From assembly GCA_017625615.1 (NCBI GenBank), contig JAGAKP010000064.1:608-64607 (forward strand): 64,000 nucleotides of DNA, written 5' to 3'. The DNA comes from Clostridia bacterium. Its GTDB lineage: Bacteria > Bacillota > Clostridia > Oscillospirales > CAG-382. How positions within the stretch are numbered: position 1 is the first letter of the stretch; the number at the start of each line of letters is the position of its first letter. Positions 46,033-55,964 of this stretch are shown here, in pieces. The notes under the pieces are model-generated. The model did no database searches. It was not told the DNA's origin and saw only the letters and a list, made by a program, of their open reading frames with translations. A program made the position numbers and the translations under genes.

Positions 46033-48260
46033 ACGCTCTGGTGGAAGGTACGGCTTATAACCTCTCTCTGCTGCTCGCGGGAGAGCTTGTTGAAGTTAAC
46101 GGCGTAGCCGGAAACGCGTATAGTCAGGTTGGGGTACGCCTCGGGGTCCTCGTAAGCCTTTATAAGGGTCTCGCGGTTAAGCACGTTTACGTTGATATGA
46201 TGCGCCTTTTTTGCAAAATATCCGTCAAGTATGGAAACCAGATTGCTCTGTCTTTCCCCGTCGGTCTTGCCAAGTGCGTCGGGAGCAATTGAGAAGGTAT
46301 TGGAAATACCGTCGCGGCAGTCCTCGTAACGGATCTTTGCCACGGAATTGAGGGATGCCAGCGCACCGTTTTCTTCGCGGTTGTGCATGGGATTTGCACC
46401 GGGCGCAAAGGGAGCGCCTGCTTTTCTTCCGTCGGGAGTGGCACCCGTATGCTTGCCGTACATTACGTTGGAGGTAATGGTGAGAACGGAAAGGGTGTGG
46501 GTAGCGTTTCTGTATGCGGGAGTTTTGCGCAATTCGGTTATTACCTTGTGGGTAATATCACGGGCGATAAGGTCAACACGGTCATCATCGTTGCCGTATT
46601 TGGGGAAATCTCCCTCGGTCTTGAAGTCTACTATATATCCCATCTCGTCCTTTATGGGGTGGACGGATGCGTGCTTTATCGCGCTGAGGGAATCTGCCAC
46701 AACGGAAAGTCCCGCAACGCCGAATGCCATAAGACGCTGTACGTCGGTATCGTGTAACGCCATCTGTGTTTTTTCATAGGCGTATTTATCGTGCATATAG
46801 TGGATAAGGTTCATGGTGTTTACGTACAGCTTGCTGAGCCATTCAACGTAAATATGGTAACGCTCCATAACCTTGTCGTAATCAAGGGTGTCTGCGTCCA
46901 TTACATCCATCTGAGGACCGATATGTATACCGCTGGTGGTATCAAATCCGCCATTTATGGCGATAAGAAGCAATTTTGCAAGGTTGCATCTTGCGCCGAA
47001 GAACTGCATCTGCTTGCCTACCTCCATTGCGGAAACACAGCAGGCGATGGCGTAATCGTCACCGTGGAGAGGGCGCATAACATCGTCGTTTTCGTACTGA
47101 ATGGAATCGGTATCCGCGCTTACCTTAGCACAGAATTTTTTAAAGCCCTCGGGCAGTCTTGCAGACCAGAGCACCGTAAGGTTGGGCTCGGGTGAGGAGC
47201 CGAGAGTATAAAGGGTGTTGAGCATGCGGAAGGAGCTTTTGGTAACCAGCGTTCTTCCGTCGTTACCCATACCGCCAACCGCCTCGGTTATCCACATAGG
47301 ATCTCCGCCGAAAAGCTCGTTGTATTCGGGGGTGCGCAGATGGCGTGCTATGCGAAGCTTTATAACGAAATCGTCTATAAGCTCCTGGGCGGTCTCCTCG
47401 GTAAGGATACCTCTTTCAATATCGCGCTCTATATAAATATCAAAAAAGCTGCTTACTCTGCCCAATGACATTGCGGCGCCGTTTTGCTCCTTTATTGCAC
47501 CGAGATATGCAAAATAAGTCCACTGTACGGCTTCTTTTGCGTCCTTTGCGGGTGCGCTTATATCAAAGCCGTACATCGCCGCCATTTCCTTCATATAGCC
47601 GAGGAAGGCTATCTGCTGATAAAGCTCCTCGGAAAGACGTGCGCTGTCAACGGTGTAATCCTTTTCGGCAAGTGCTTTTTTGTCCTTTTGCTTTTCTTCA
47701 ATGAGCTTGTCCACACCGTAGAGGGCAACTCTGCGGTAATCGCCGATAATACGTCCTCTGCCGTATGCGTCGGGCAAGCCCGTTATAATATGGCACTTGC
47801 GCGCCTTTCTCATTTCATCGGTATAAACGCGGAACACGCCGTCGTTGTGGGTGGTGCGGAACTTAAACTCGTCCTCCACCTTGTCGCTCAGTCTGTAACC
47901 GTATGCGGCGCAGGCTTGTCTTGCCATACGTATACCGCCGAAGGGGTTAACTCCCCGCTTCAAGGGGCTGTCGGTCTGCATACCGAATATAAGCTCGTTT
48001 TCCTTGTCAATATAACCGGGCGCATAGCTGGTAAGAGAGGATACGGTATCCGTGTCCACGTCAAGAACGCCGCCGCGCTGTCTTTCCAGACGGAAAAGCT
48101 CGTTTACCTTTTCCATAAGGGCGTTGGTGCGGGGCGTAGCCGATGCAAGGAAGGAGGCGTCGCCTGCGTATTCCTTGTAATTTTTCTGAATAAAATCCCG
48201 TACGTTGATCTCATCCTGCCATATACCGGAGTTAAAACCTAACCAATTTTCGTGTTGCAT
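46029..48260 (-). CDS. pflB: Formate C-acetyltransferase (pyruvate formate-lyase)
   Basis: Start [23 protein letters not shown] at ATG 48260. Active-site ACCVS. Glycyl-radical motif TIRVSGYAV. The ORF-track extension to 48371 runs through the riboswitch and was rejected. Confidence 0.95.
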   Translation of the reverse strand: MQHENWLGFNSGIWQDEINVRDFIQKNYKEYAGDASFLASATPRTNALMEKVNELFRLERQRGGVLDVDTDTVSSLTSYAPGYIDKENELIFGMQTDSPLKRGVNPFGGIRMARQACAAYGYRLSDKVEDEFKFRTTHNDGVFRVYTDEMRKARKCHIITGLPDAYGRGRIIGDYRRVALYGVDKLIEEKQKDKKALAEKDYTVDSARLSEELYQQIAFLGYMKEMAAMYGFDISAPAKDAKEAVQWTYFAYLGAIKEQNGAAMSLGRVSSFFDIYIERDIERGILTEETAQELIDDFVIKLRIARHLRTPEYNELFGGDPMWITEAVGGMGNDGRTLVTKSSFRMLNTLYTLGSSPEPNLTVLWSARLPEGFKKFCAKVSADTDSIQYENDDVMRPLHGDDYAIACCVSAMEVGKQMQFFGARCNLAKLLLIAINGGFDTTSGIHIGPQMDVMDADTLDYDKVMERYHIYVEWLSKLYVNTMNLIHYMHDKYAYEKTQMALHDTDVQRLMAFGVAGLSVVADSLSAIKHASVHPIKDEMGYIVDFKTEGDFPKYGNDDDRVDLIARDITHKVITELRKTPAYRNATHTLSVLTITSNVMYGKHTGATPDGRKAGAPFAPGANPMHNREENGALASLNSVAKIRYEDCRDGISNTFSIAPDALGKTDGERQSNLVSILDGYFAKKAHHINVNVLNRETLIKAYEDPEAYPNLTIRVSGYAVNFNKLSREQQREVISRTFHQSV

Positions 48261-48292
48261 TTTCGTTTCCTTTCCACTGATCTTCGCCCTAT

Positions 48293-48337
48293 AAACAAAA
48301 AAGGCAAAATCAGTTCTAAAAATGAATTGATTCTGCC
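48293..48337 (-). terminator. Intrinsic terminator forming the expression platform of the ZTP riboswitch
   Basis: On the minus strand, GGCAGAAUCAAUUC-loop-GAACUGAUUUUGCC (14 bp, 1 mismatch) is followed by UUUUUUGUUU. The 5' arm overlaps the aptamer's 3' pseudoknot strand. Confidence 0.75.
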
Positions 48338-48412
48338 CAGACGGTCGGCTTATATTATCCTTGCACTCCACAGCGGTAAATCCGCTTTCTTCCGTCAGTT
48401 ATACAAGGTCCT
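48331..48412 (-). promoter_or_regulatory. ZTP riboswitch aptamer (pfl motif)
   Basis: The minus-strand RNA reads CCUUGUAUAACUGACGGAAGAAAGCGGAUUUACCGCUGUGGAGUGCAAGGAUAAUAUAAGCCGACCGUCUGGGCAG. It has the conserved ACUGACGGAA 5' core, a P2 hairpin, P1 CCUUG/CAAGG, and the signature 3' GCCGACCGUCUGGGC. The CCGUC in that 3' element can pseudoknot with GACGG. It lies in the pflB leader, the context that gave the motif its name. Confidence 0.8.
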
Positions 48413-48419
48413 TACGTGT

Positions 48420-48448
48420 ATTATACATCAGATGAATAAAATTGTCAA
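48420..48448 (-). promoter_or_regulatory. Sigma-A promoter driving the ZTP riboswitch and pflBA
   Basis: On the minus strand: TTGACA (48448-48443), 17-nt spacer, TATAAT (48425-48420). Confidence 0.7.
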
Positions 48449-48452
48449 TCGG

Positions 48453-48788
48453 TTATTTTACTTTTTCCAGCTCCCAGGAGCCGATATACATATATTCTCC
48501 GTCCCTTTCCACGGCGTTTGTACCGAACAGAGGTATATCGCCAAGTCCGTAGCTTTCCGCAAGGAAGGTATCGTTGCAGGCTACGTCAAGAGTACCTTCG
48601 GAAAAGGCGTAGGTAAAGTCAACGTGCACTCCGTCAACGCTCACTCTTCCCGTGCCGTCGGCATAAAAATATACGGTAACATCCTCTCCGTTTTTCCACG
48701 CCGTATCGGAAAGAGAATCCTCCCCGTTTCCGCAAGAGCAGAGAAGTATTGATAAAAGCATTAAAATCGCCAAAAGCTTCGTTTTCAT
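48453..48788 (-). CDS. Small lipoprotein, unknown function
   Basis: MKTKLLAILMLLSILLCSCGNGED (lipobox). The internal ATG at 48788 is preferred over the ORF-track start at 48842. Confidence 0.55.
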   Translation of the reverse strand: MKTKLLAILMLLSILLCSCGNGEDSLSDTAWKNGEDVTVYFYADGTGRVSVDGVHVDFTYAFSEGTLDVACNDTFLAESYGLGDIPLFGTNAVERDGEYMYIGSWELEKVK

Positions 48789-48948
48789 TTTCCTTGCCTC
48801 CTTACCCTTAAGTATTATGAAGCAAAGGGAGGAAAATGTCAATATAAAAGAAAAAAACAGAGTATTTTTGCTTTTTATACTTTACAACCCCCTTGGTTTT
48901 ATGTTACAATATAATGCTAAAATATCCGTTTTGGGTGGTGAAAAAGGT

Positions 48949-49659
48949 ATGATAAACAGATTTTTGGAAATTATTGAGGATTCCTCCCGTATCGTATTCT
49001 TCGGCGGTGCAGGTGTTTCCACGGAAAGCGGCATCCCCGATTTCCGCGGTGAGGGCGGTCTTTACGGCCTCGTGCCCGAGCAGATGATAAGCCACAGCTA
49101 TTTTGTTTCTCATCCCGATAGATTTTATGAATTTTACCGCACCAAGATGATATATCCCGAGGCTCGCCCCAATAACGCCCACAAAGCGCTGGCGTACCTT
49201 GAGGAAAAGGGGAAAATGCTTTCCGTCATCACACAGAATATAGACGGACTTCATCAGCAGGCAGGCAGTAAGACCGTCCGTGAGCTTCACGGCTCGGTAC
49301 ACCGCAACTACTGTATGCGCTGTGGCAAGTTCTATGACGTAACGCATATACTTAACTCGGACACCGTGCCCGTCTGTGAGTGCGGCGGCACCGTCAAGCC
49401 CGACGTGGTCCTTTACGAGGAGCCTTTGGACAGCTCCATTCTCAACGCCGCCATCAGGGATATCAGCGAATGCGATACTCTCATCGTCGGAGGTACCTCT
49501 CTGGCGGTATATCCCGCCGCAGGACTTATAAACTATTTTTGCGGAAAATATCTGGTGCTTATAAATAAATCTCCCACTCCCGCAGACCGTATGGCAGACC
49601 TCGTTATACGGGAAAATATCGGGGAAGTAATGGGAAAGATCTTACAGGAGAAAAAGTAA
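48949..49659 (+). CDS. cobB: NAD-dependent protein deacylase (sirtuin, CobB/SrtN type)
   Basis: MINRFLEIIEDSSRIVFFGGAGVSTESGIPDFRG. QNIDGLH. Zn cysteines CMRCGK...CECGG. ATG at 48949 is preferred over 48817. Confidence 0.85.
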   Translation: MINRFLEIIEDSSRIVFFGGAGVSTESGIPDFRGEGGLYGLVPEQMISHSYFVSHPDRFYEFYRTKMIYPEARPNNAHKALAYLEEKGKMLSVITQNIDGLHQQAGSKTVRELHGSVHRNYCMRCGKFYDVTHILNSDTVPVCECGGTVKPDVVLYEEPLDSSILNAAIRDISECDTLIVGGTSLAVYPAAGLINYFCGKYLVLINKSPTPADRMADLVIRENIGEVMGKILQEKK

Positions 49660-50714
49660 TGAAGAAAACGGTTCTGCTCCTTTTCGGAGGAGCTTCAAGC
49701 GAATACGCGGTGTCCTGCGTGTCAGCCGCCTGCGTTGCCGATAATATAAATAAAGAGCTTTATCAGGTCTGCCTTCTGGGCATCACTGCCGACGGAAAAT
49801 GGTACCTTTACAGCGGCGATACCGACAGTATGCGTGACCTTTCATGGGTAAACAAGGAAGAATATCTCACCCCCGCGGTCATCTCTCCTTCAAAGACACA
49901 TCAGGGCGTCCTTCTTGAGGACGGCACCGTTATTCACGTAGACGCGGTATTTCCCGTGCTTCACGGCAAAAACGGTGAGGATGGCACCATGCAGGGACTT
50001 CTCGCCCTTTCGGGTATTCCTTACGTTGGCTGTAACACATATTCCTCTGCCGTTTGTATGGATAAGGTCACTACCAAGATCCTTTGCGAAAAGGTGGGTA
50101 TCCCCGTGGTTCCCTATGCATACTTCCGCAAAAACGGATTTGACGTGCAAAAAGCGGTTGAGGAATGTGAGCAAAAGCTTTCTTACCCCATGTTCGTAAA
50201 GCCCGCCAACGCAGGCTCCTCCGTAGGTATAACCAAGGCGAATAACCGTGATGAGCTTGTAAAGGGCTTTGAGGTTGCCTTTGATAACGATTATAAGGTG
50301 CTGGTTGAAACGGGAATTTCCTCCGCCCGTGAAATAGAGGTGGCAATGCTGGGCAATAAGGATGCCGTTGCCTCCGTCTGCGGAGAGATAGCACCCGGCG
50401 CCGATTTTTACGATTACGAAACCAAATACGTTTCGGATACCGCCAGCTATTACGTTCCCGCACGCATTTCGGATACTCTTTCCGATACCATCCGTGCCTG
50501 CGCGGAAAAAATATACCGCACCCTTGACTGTGCAGGTCTTTCCCGCGTGGACTTTTTCCTTGACGAAAACGACGTTTTGTACTTTAACGAAATAAACACC
50601 ATTCCCGGCTTTACTCCCATCAGTATGTATCCCGGTCTTATGGGTAAATGCGGATATTCCTACTCCGCTCTTATCGAAAAGCTTATCGAAAACGCCTGCG
50701 AGGAAAAGCTATGA
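49659..50714 (+). CDS. ddl: D-alanine--D-alanine ligase
   Basis: 351 aa. LLFGGASSEYAVS, HGKNGEDGTMQGLL and EINTIPGFT. Confidence 0.9.
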   Translation: MKKTVLLLFGGASSEYAVSCVSAACVADNINKELYQVCLLGITADGKWYLYSGDTDSMRDLSWVNKEEYLTPAVISPSKTHQGVLLEDGTVIHVDAVFPVLHGKNGEDGTMQGLLALSGIPYVGCNTYSSAVCMDKVTTKILCEKVGIPVVPYAYFRKNGFDVQKAVEECEQKLSYPMFVKPANAGSSVGITKANNRDELVKGFEVAFDNDYKVLVETGISSAREIEVAMLGNKDAVASVCGEIAPGADFYDYETKYVSDTASYYVPARISDTLSDTIRACAEKIYRTLDCAGLSRVDFFLDENDVLYFNEINTIPGFTPISMYPGLMGKCGYSYSALIEKLIENACEEKL

Positions 50715-51502
50715 TCGGTATATTTGATTCGGGACTTGGCGGACTTACCGCCGTCGAGGAATTGCGCAAGGCTATGCCCGAAGCCGATTTCGTTTATTTC
50801 GGCGATACCGCCCGTATTCCCTACGGCACCCGCACGGTAGAGACCATACGCGCCTACGCCTTGCAGGATTGCCGCTTCCTTATGTCACAGGGCGTTACCT
50901 CAATTCTCATTGCCTGCGGCACCGTGAGCACCAACGCGCTGGACGTTATCCGCTCCACCTTTCCCGTGCCCGTGGTGGGCGTGGTAGAGGGCGCGGCAAA
51001 AAAAGCGGCGGAGATCGCTTCAAAGGGAAAGGGAAGAGTATTGGTTCTCGGAACTCCCGCCACCGTAAAGAGCGGCGCCTTTGAAAAGGAACTGCGAAAA
51101 AACGGATGTGACGGCGTTATGAGTATTGCCTGCCCCATGTTCGTTCCCCTTGCGGAAAACGGTTACACCACCGTGAAGCATATTGCCGCAGTGGAAATTG
51201 CAAGAGAATATCTTGCACCGGCTGTGGATTTTTGCCCCGACGCAGTAATTCTGGGCTGTACCCATTATCCTCTGCTTTCGGAGGTAATTTCCCATTTCCT
51301 GCCCGACAGCGTCCTCGTATCCTCGGGAGCGGAGGCTGTGGCGGAATTAAAAAAGAGCTTAACGAGCCGCGGCGCTCTTTGCGGCGGCGGAAAGGGTAAA
51401 TATTACGTGTCCGACGGTCTTGAGGGCTTTGCGGAAAGCGCCCGCCGCTTTTTGCAGACTCCCGTTACCGACGTGACCGCCATTGATATTAACAGCTATT
51501 AG
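50711..51502 (+). CDS. murI: Glutamate racemase
   Basis: MIGIFDSGLGGLTAV. Catalytic Cys blocks IACGTVS and LGCTHYP. The start overlaps the ddl stop. Confidence 0.9.
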   Translation: MIGIFDSGLGGLTAVEELRKAMPEADFVYFGDTARIPYGTRTVETIRAYALQDCRFLMSQGVTSILIACGTVSTNALDVIRSTFPVPVVGVVEGAAKKAAEIASKGKGRVLVLGTPATVKSGAFEKELRKNGCDGVMSIACPMFVPLAENGYTTVKHIAAVEIAREYLAPAVDFCPDAVILGCTHYPLLSEVISHFLPDSVLVSSGAEAVAELKKSLTSRGALCGGGKGKYYVSDGLEGFAESARRFLQTPVTDVTAIDINSY

Positions 51503-51508
51503 TAAATT

Positions 51509-51955
51509 ATGAAGATCCCCGTAACAGTAAGTATAAAGACCGAACGTAAAAGCCACGACCCCATGCATATCGAAAACCCCCGCACGGAGGTACGCACCGC
51601 TACGGTAAACGGCTACCTTTCCCGTACAAGAAAGGGACTGACCTGCGTGTTTTCCGAAGAAAACAGCGATACCGTCACCACCGTTTCCACCTTGGGAAAA
51701 AATATGGTTTCGGTAAATAAAATAGGCGATTTCAATTCTCTTATGGTCTTTGACCCCGAAAAGAGTTATTCCTGCGTGTACCACAACGGAAATATGCCCA
51801 TGCAGCTTAAGGTAAGCACCAAATCATTGCGTAACGGACTTACGGCGCAGGGCGGAAAAATAGATATTGACTATACCGTGGAGATAGTCGGCAACCTTGC
51901 GGAGCATACGAAAATGTCCTTTTCCGTGCTTCCTCAAAGCGGACTGGTCTCCTGA
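51509..51955 (+). CDS. Small conserved protein (DUF1934/YwiB-like, tentative)
   Basis: 148 aa, beta-rich, no TM. Confidence 0.4.
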   Translation: MKIPVTVSIKTERKSHDPMHIENPRTEVRTATVNGYLSRTRKGLTCVFSEENSDTVTTVSTLGKNMVSVNKIGDFNSLMVFDPEKSYSCVYHNGNMPMQLKVSTKSLRNGLTAQGGKIDIDYTVEIVGNLAEHTKMSFSVLPQSGLVS

Positions 51956-51967
51956 AAAGAGGACGTA

Positions 51968-52864
51968 ATGAGCGATAAAAGCCCCAAAAAGCTTCCCGCC
52001 AATATAATACCTGCCCTTTCGGGTGCCACCCGTGAGGAGCTTTCGGTTGCTCTGTACCTTTGCATAAAGGACGAGTATACTCTTTCCGAAGCTGCAAGAG
52101 ACCTTGGCCTTACCGAGGAGGAGGTACGGTACGCCGTTTCCTTCTGGCGCGGCGCAGGCGCTTTGTTCGGCACCGAAAAGAAAGCGCCCCTCCCTCCCGA
52201 AAGCAGAGATCAGCGCTACGATGCGGACACCGTGGCTTCCTCTTTGGAAACTGACGACGGCTTCCGCACCGCCTGCGATTCTCTTCAGTCCCTTTACGGA
52301 AAAATGTTCACCCGCTTTGATTACGACAGTCTGCTGTATCTTTACGACCATTGCGGACTTACCGCCGAATATATGTGTACCCTCGCTTCCCATTGCGTAG
52401 GCAGGGGAAAGACCGCCTTGAAGTATTTTACCAAAACCGCTCAGGGCTTGGTTTCCGAGGGCGTGGATACATACGAAAAATTGGAAAAGCATCTTGAAAA
52501 GCGCAACAGAGCAGTTGACCGTATTTTCAGGCTCCGCACCCTTTGCGGCTTTGGCGACCGTGCCTTTACCGCCCGTGAGGAGGAATACGTAAACGATTGG
52601 TTTGCGGAAAAGGACCTTTCCTTTGACCTTGTAAAGCACGCCTATGAAATAATGATAAACTCCATCGGCGAGGTAAAATTAAGCTATATGAACAAGATCC
52701 TTTGCCGCTGGCACAAGGACGGGCTTCTCACCGTGGCTGACGTTGAGACGGCAAAAAAGAATACCGAAAAGCCCCAACAGCAAGGCGGGACAAGCTTTGA
52801 CGACGACGAATTTTTCGCCGCCGCAGTTGCCCGCACCAAAAAGAAAAGGGAGGAACGTAAATGA
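51968..52864 (+). CDS. DnaD-domain replication initiation / primosome protein
   Basis: 298 aa with two DnaB_2/DnaD-type repeats (YLYDHCGLTAEYMCTLASHCV..., FDLVKHAYEIMINSIGEVKLSYMNKILCRWHKDG). Confidence 0.7.
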   Translation: MSDKSPKKLPANIIPALSGATREELSVALYLCIKDEYTLSEAARDLGLTEEEVRYAVSFWRGAGALFGTEKKAPLPPESRDQRYDADTVASSLETDDGFRTACDSLQSLYGKMFTRFDYDSLLYLYDHCGLTAEYMCTLASHCVGRGKTALKYFTKTAQGLVSEGVDTYEKLEKHLEKRNRAVDRIFRLRTLCGFGDRAFTAREEEYVNDWFAEKDLSFDLVKHAYEIMINSIGEVKLSYMNKILCRWHKDGLLTVADVETAKKNTEKPQQQGGTSFDDDEFFAAAVARTKKKREERK

Positions 52865-53790
52865 CAGTAAACGAGGCTATGCTGCAAAAGAACGCACAGC
52901 GCGAAAAGGCGCTTTCCGATGCGGCACGCAAAACCGAAGAGCTGGACGAAAAATATCCCGATATAGCGGAAATAGATAAAGAGCTTTCCTCCGTTTCCGC
53001 GCAGATAATTTCCGCGCTTTCCTCCGAAAACTGCTCGGAAAGAATAGAAAAAATAAAGGAAAGAAATCTTTTCCTGCAGGAAATGCGTAAGGAAAAGCTT
53101 ATTTCCTACGGCATTTCTCCCCAATACGATACTCCCGTTTTTTCCTGCCCCCTTTGCTCGGACACGGGCTATGACGGAAAGACCTTCTGCTCCTGCGTAA
53201 TAAAAGCGTGTGCCCGTGACGCGTACCTTTCCAGCGGTCTCGGCAAAGCGTTGCTTGACCAGACCTTCGAGAACTTTTCTCTTAAATATTACGGCGGCAA
53301 GGCAAGAGAGGATATGTCCGACGTACTTGACATCTGCCTCGATTACGCTTCCTCCTTCGGCAACGGCGCAAATCTGCTTTTCACCGGCGGTACGGGCTTG
53401 GGAAAAACTCACCTTTCCTCCGCTATCGCACAGAGAGTTATAGATAAGGGCTACACCGTGGTGTACGAATCCGCGCAGAACGTTTTTGATGATTTTGAGA
53501 CGGTACGCTTCGGCAGGGGAACGGCGGATACCTCTAAGTATCTCAACTGCGATCTGCTGATAATGGACGATCTCGGCAGTGAATTTTCCACGCAGTACAC
53601 CGCATCCGTGCTGTATCAGATCATAAATCAGCGTCTTATGAACGGAAGATCGGTTATTTTAAGCACGAATCTGGGCGCCAAGGAGCTAAGCAAGCGTTAC
53701 GGAGAGCGTATATATTCCCGTCTTCTCGGCTCCTTTGATACCTGCGTTTTTGCGGGCAGCGATATTCGGCTTATAAAGCTTGGAGAATAA
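52861..53790 (+). CDS. DnaC/DnaI-family helicase-loader ATPase
   Basis: 309 aa. N-terminal Zn-like CPLCSDTGY...CSC. Walker [13 protein letters not shown] and Walker B LLIMDDLG. Confidence 0.8.
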   Translation: MTVNEAMLQKNAQREKALSDAARKTEELDEKYPDIAEIDKELSSVSAQIISALSSENCSERIEKIKERNLFLQEMRKEKLISYGISPQYDTPVFSCPLCSDTGYDGKTFCSCVIKACARDAYLSSGLGKALLDQTFENFSLKYYGGKAREDMSDVLDICLDYASSFGNGANLLFTGGTGLGKTHLSSAIAQRVIDKGYTVVYESAQNVFDDFETVRFGRGTADTSKYLNCDLLIMDDLGSEFSTQYTASVLYQIINQRLMNGRSVILSTNLGAKELSKRYGERIYSRLLGSFDTCVFAGSDIRLIKLGE

Positions 53791-53791
53791 A

Positions 53792-54232
53792 ATGAAAAAA
53801 ATAAATATGTATACCGACGGCGCCTGCAGAGGTAATCCGGGACCCGGCGGATACGGAGTTATACTTGAGTATAACGGACACCGCAAATGCCTGTCCGGCG
53901 GCGAAGCGTCTACCACCAACAACCGTATGGAGCTTATGGCGGCTATCGTGGGAATGGAGGCGCTCAAGGAGGAGTGCGAGATCACTCTGTGCAGTGATTC
54001 CAAGTATCTTATAGACGCCATCGAAAAGGGCTGGCTGGAAAGCTGGCACGATAGGGGCTGGGTAAAGGCAGATAAAAAGCCGGTGCTCAATCCCGACCTT
54101 TGGCAGAAAATATATTCTCTTCTCCACAAGCACAAGGTACACACCGTCTGGATAAAGGGACACGACGGCCACCCCGAAAACGAGGAGTGCGACCGTATGG
54201 CAACCGCCGAGGCGGATAAATTCAAGGGGTGA
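53792..54232 (+). CDS. rnhA: Ribonuclease HI
   Basis: [29 protein letters not shown] and [18 protein letters not shown] at 53792 is preferred over the alternative start at 53780. Confidence 0.9.
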   Translation: MKKINMYTDGACRGNPGPGGYGVILEYNGHRKCLSGGEASTTNNRMELMAAIVGMEALKEECEITLCSDSKYLIDAIEKGWLESWHDRGWVKADKKPVLNPDLWQKIYSLLHKHKVHTVWIKGHDGHPENEECDRMATAEADKFKG

Positions 54233-54236
54233 AAAT

Positions 54237-55031
54237 ATGAAATATATATACGATCACGATATGCACATCCACTCCCGTCTTTCCCCCTGCTCGGGCGACG
54301 AGAATCAGACACCCCGCCGTATTCTTGATTACGCCTTGGCAAACGGGCTTACCACCGTCGCGGTTACCGACCATTTCTGGGACCCTTCGGTCGGGGAGTG
54401 CTCCAATTGGTACAAGCCTCTCAATATAGAGCATCTTTCAAAAAGCCTGCCCTTGCCGCAGGACGATAAGGTACGCTTCCTTTTCGGCTGTGAAACGGAT
54501 ATGGATATGAAGGGCAATATCGGTCTTGCCAAGGATAATTTTGACGTATTCGATTTCGTCATCGTTTCCACCACCCATTTCCATATGGAGGGCTTTACCG
54601 TCCCCGCGGGAATGACCAAGGAAGAGCGCAAGGAAAGATACGTCCGCAGATTTCATCAGCTTTTAAATTCGGATATCCCCTTTCATAAAACGGGCATAGC
54701 CCACCTTACCTGCAATCTTATCGACCGCTCCTCTCAAAAGGCGCATATAGAAACGGTTGATATGGTTTCGGATAACGAATTTTACGAAATTTTCTGCGGC
54801 GTAGCGCGTTCAGGCTTAGGCGTGGAATTGAATATTTACGTAAATTGGTATAACGGGGACGAGCTTTCCCGCGTGCTCCGTCCATATCGTATAGCAAAGG
54901 AATGCGGCTGTAAGTTTTATCTCGGCTCGGATTCCCACCACAACACCAACCTTTTAAACGCTCCCCAAAAGCTTACAAGCACTCTGGATGCGTTCCCGTT
55001 GGAGGAAAAGGATAAGTTTATAGTAAAATAA
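54237..55031 (+). CDS. PHP-domain metal-dependent phosphoesterase
   Basis: 264 aa. DMHIHSRLSPCS, AVTDHF and later His/Asp blocks (GSDSHH). Confidence 0.65.
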   Translation: MKYIYDHDMHIHSRLSPCSGDENQTPRRILDYALANGLTTVAVTDHFWDPSVGECSNWYKPLNIEHLSKSLPLPQDDKVRFLFGCETDMDMKGNIGLAKDNFDVFDFVIVSTTHFHMEGFTVPAGMTKEERKERYVRRFHQLLNSDIPFHKTGIAHLTCNLIDRSSQKAHIETVDMVSDNEFYEIFCGVARSGLGVELNIYVNWYNGDELSRVLRPYRIAKECGCKFYLGSDSHHNTNLLNAPQKLTSTLDAFPLEEKDKFIVK

Positions 55032-55174
55032 ATACTACAGACCGAGGACTAACTCATTTGGATGCAGAAGAAATCTTTTACGAGCGGGAGCTGTAGTCAA
55101 CTACAGCGAGCGAAGTAAAAGTTTCTACAAAAACGTATAATAATATTTTTGAAATCCGTGAGGATTTCTACTAT

Positions 55175-55214
55175 AAAAGCAGACTTGAATCGATGTTGAA
55201 ACAAGCCTGCTTTT
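55175..55214. terminator. Bidirectional terminator between the PHP gene and spoVT
   Basis: AAAAGCAGACTTG-loop-CAAGCCTGCTTTT with T-runs on both strands. Confidence 0.6.
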
Positions 55215-55260
55215 CTTTATATATTATTGCGTTTTTGGTTCTGCGCCGAATGAGGATGTC

Positions 55261-55794
55261 CTATATTTCGAGCTGTCCCGATAAAAACATTGCTCCCGTT
55301 GATATTACTTGTTTCTCGGCCTCTGCGGGAGCGGAAAAGCCCTCGGTGCGGAAGGACATTACTCCGCCTACCACGGTGCCGTCCGCCACCACGGGGCAAA
55401 AATGGGATATGCTTCCTTCGCCCGTTTCGGTTATGGATGCGCTTCCGTTTTCCGCCGTGTAGCATTTGCGGGAATCCATCAGCTCGGACAGTGTGCGGGA
55501 TACGTTTTTGCCAAGCACCGCCCGCTTGTCCTTGCCTGCCGCCGCCGTCACGGTGTCGCGGTCGCATACCGCCACGTTAACTCCCGCCGCGCGGGACGCC
55601 GCCTCCGCAAACATAGCAGCACTCTCCCCCACTCCACCTATGGGGGAGTATTTTTTAAATACCACTTCGTTTTCCCGCCCCGTAAATATCTCAAGCATTT
55701 CGCCTTCTCTTATCTTCATCGTACGCCGAATTTCTTTGGGAATAACAACTCTGCCCAAATCGTCAATTCTCCGCACAATTCCCGTCGCTTTCAT
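55261..55794 (-). CDS. spoVT: Stage V sporulation protein T (AbrB-family regulator)
   Basis: MKATGIVRRIDDLGRVVIPKEIRRTMKIREGEMLEIF is almost identical to the B. subtilis SpoVT N-terminus. GAF-like C-terminal domain. Confidence 0.9.
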   Translation of the reverse strand: MKATGIVRRIDDLGRVVIPKEIRRTMKIREGEMLEIFTGRENEVVFKKYSPIGGVGESAAMFAEAASRAAGVNVAVCDRDTVTAAAGKDKRAVLGKNVSRTLSELMDSRKCYTAENGSASITETGEGSISHFCPVVADGTVVGGVMSFRTEGFSAPAEAEKQVISTGAMFLSGQLEI

Positions 55795-55884
55795 ATATAA
55801 AATCTCCTTGTTTTTACAGTTGTGGTGTTAGTATTTGTAAAATCAAGGTGAATTATACAAGCGGTTTGCGTTTGAAATTTTTAT

Positions 55885-55913
55885 TTGCATTGGTGGAAAA
55901 ACTGTGTTATACT
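55885..55913 (+). promoter_or_regulatory. Sigma-A promoter for tdk
   Basis: TTGCAT, 17-nt spacer, TATACT, with TGT just upstream (extended -10). Confidence 0.55.
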
Positions 55914-55964
55914 GTTTTCAGTAAGCTCTGGCAAGCCGCTGTGTGCGGCGGAAAGGACTAAAAA

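Noticed and set aside
48949-49659. The Sir2-family protein as a defence effector (Thoeris ThsA or DSR-like).
   Set aside because: It is a short canonical sirtuin with an intact Zn-ribbon and GAGVSTESGIPDFRG motif and no extra sensor domain. It is translationally linked to ddl-murI, so a housekeeping CobB-type deacylase is the simplest call.
51968-54232. The DnaD-domain protein, DnaC/DnaI-like loader and RNase H as a prophage replication module.
   Set aside because: No integrase, repressor, structural or lysis genes are nearby. The genes are tightly embedded between murI and PHP/spoVT. The DnaD plus DnaI-like pair is the normal chromosomal primosome arrangement in Firmicutes.
55859-55875. A shared 15-mer, AAGCGGTTTGCGTTT, upstream of tdk and again at 60493..60507, as a possible common regulatory motif.
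   Set aside because: A single 15-nt match is roughly what chance predicts in a 64-kb window on two strands. There is no palindromic structure and no consistent distance to promoters.
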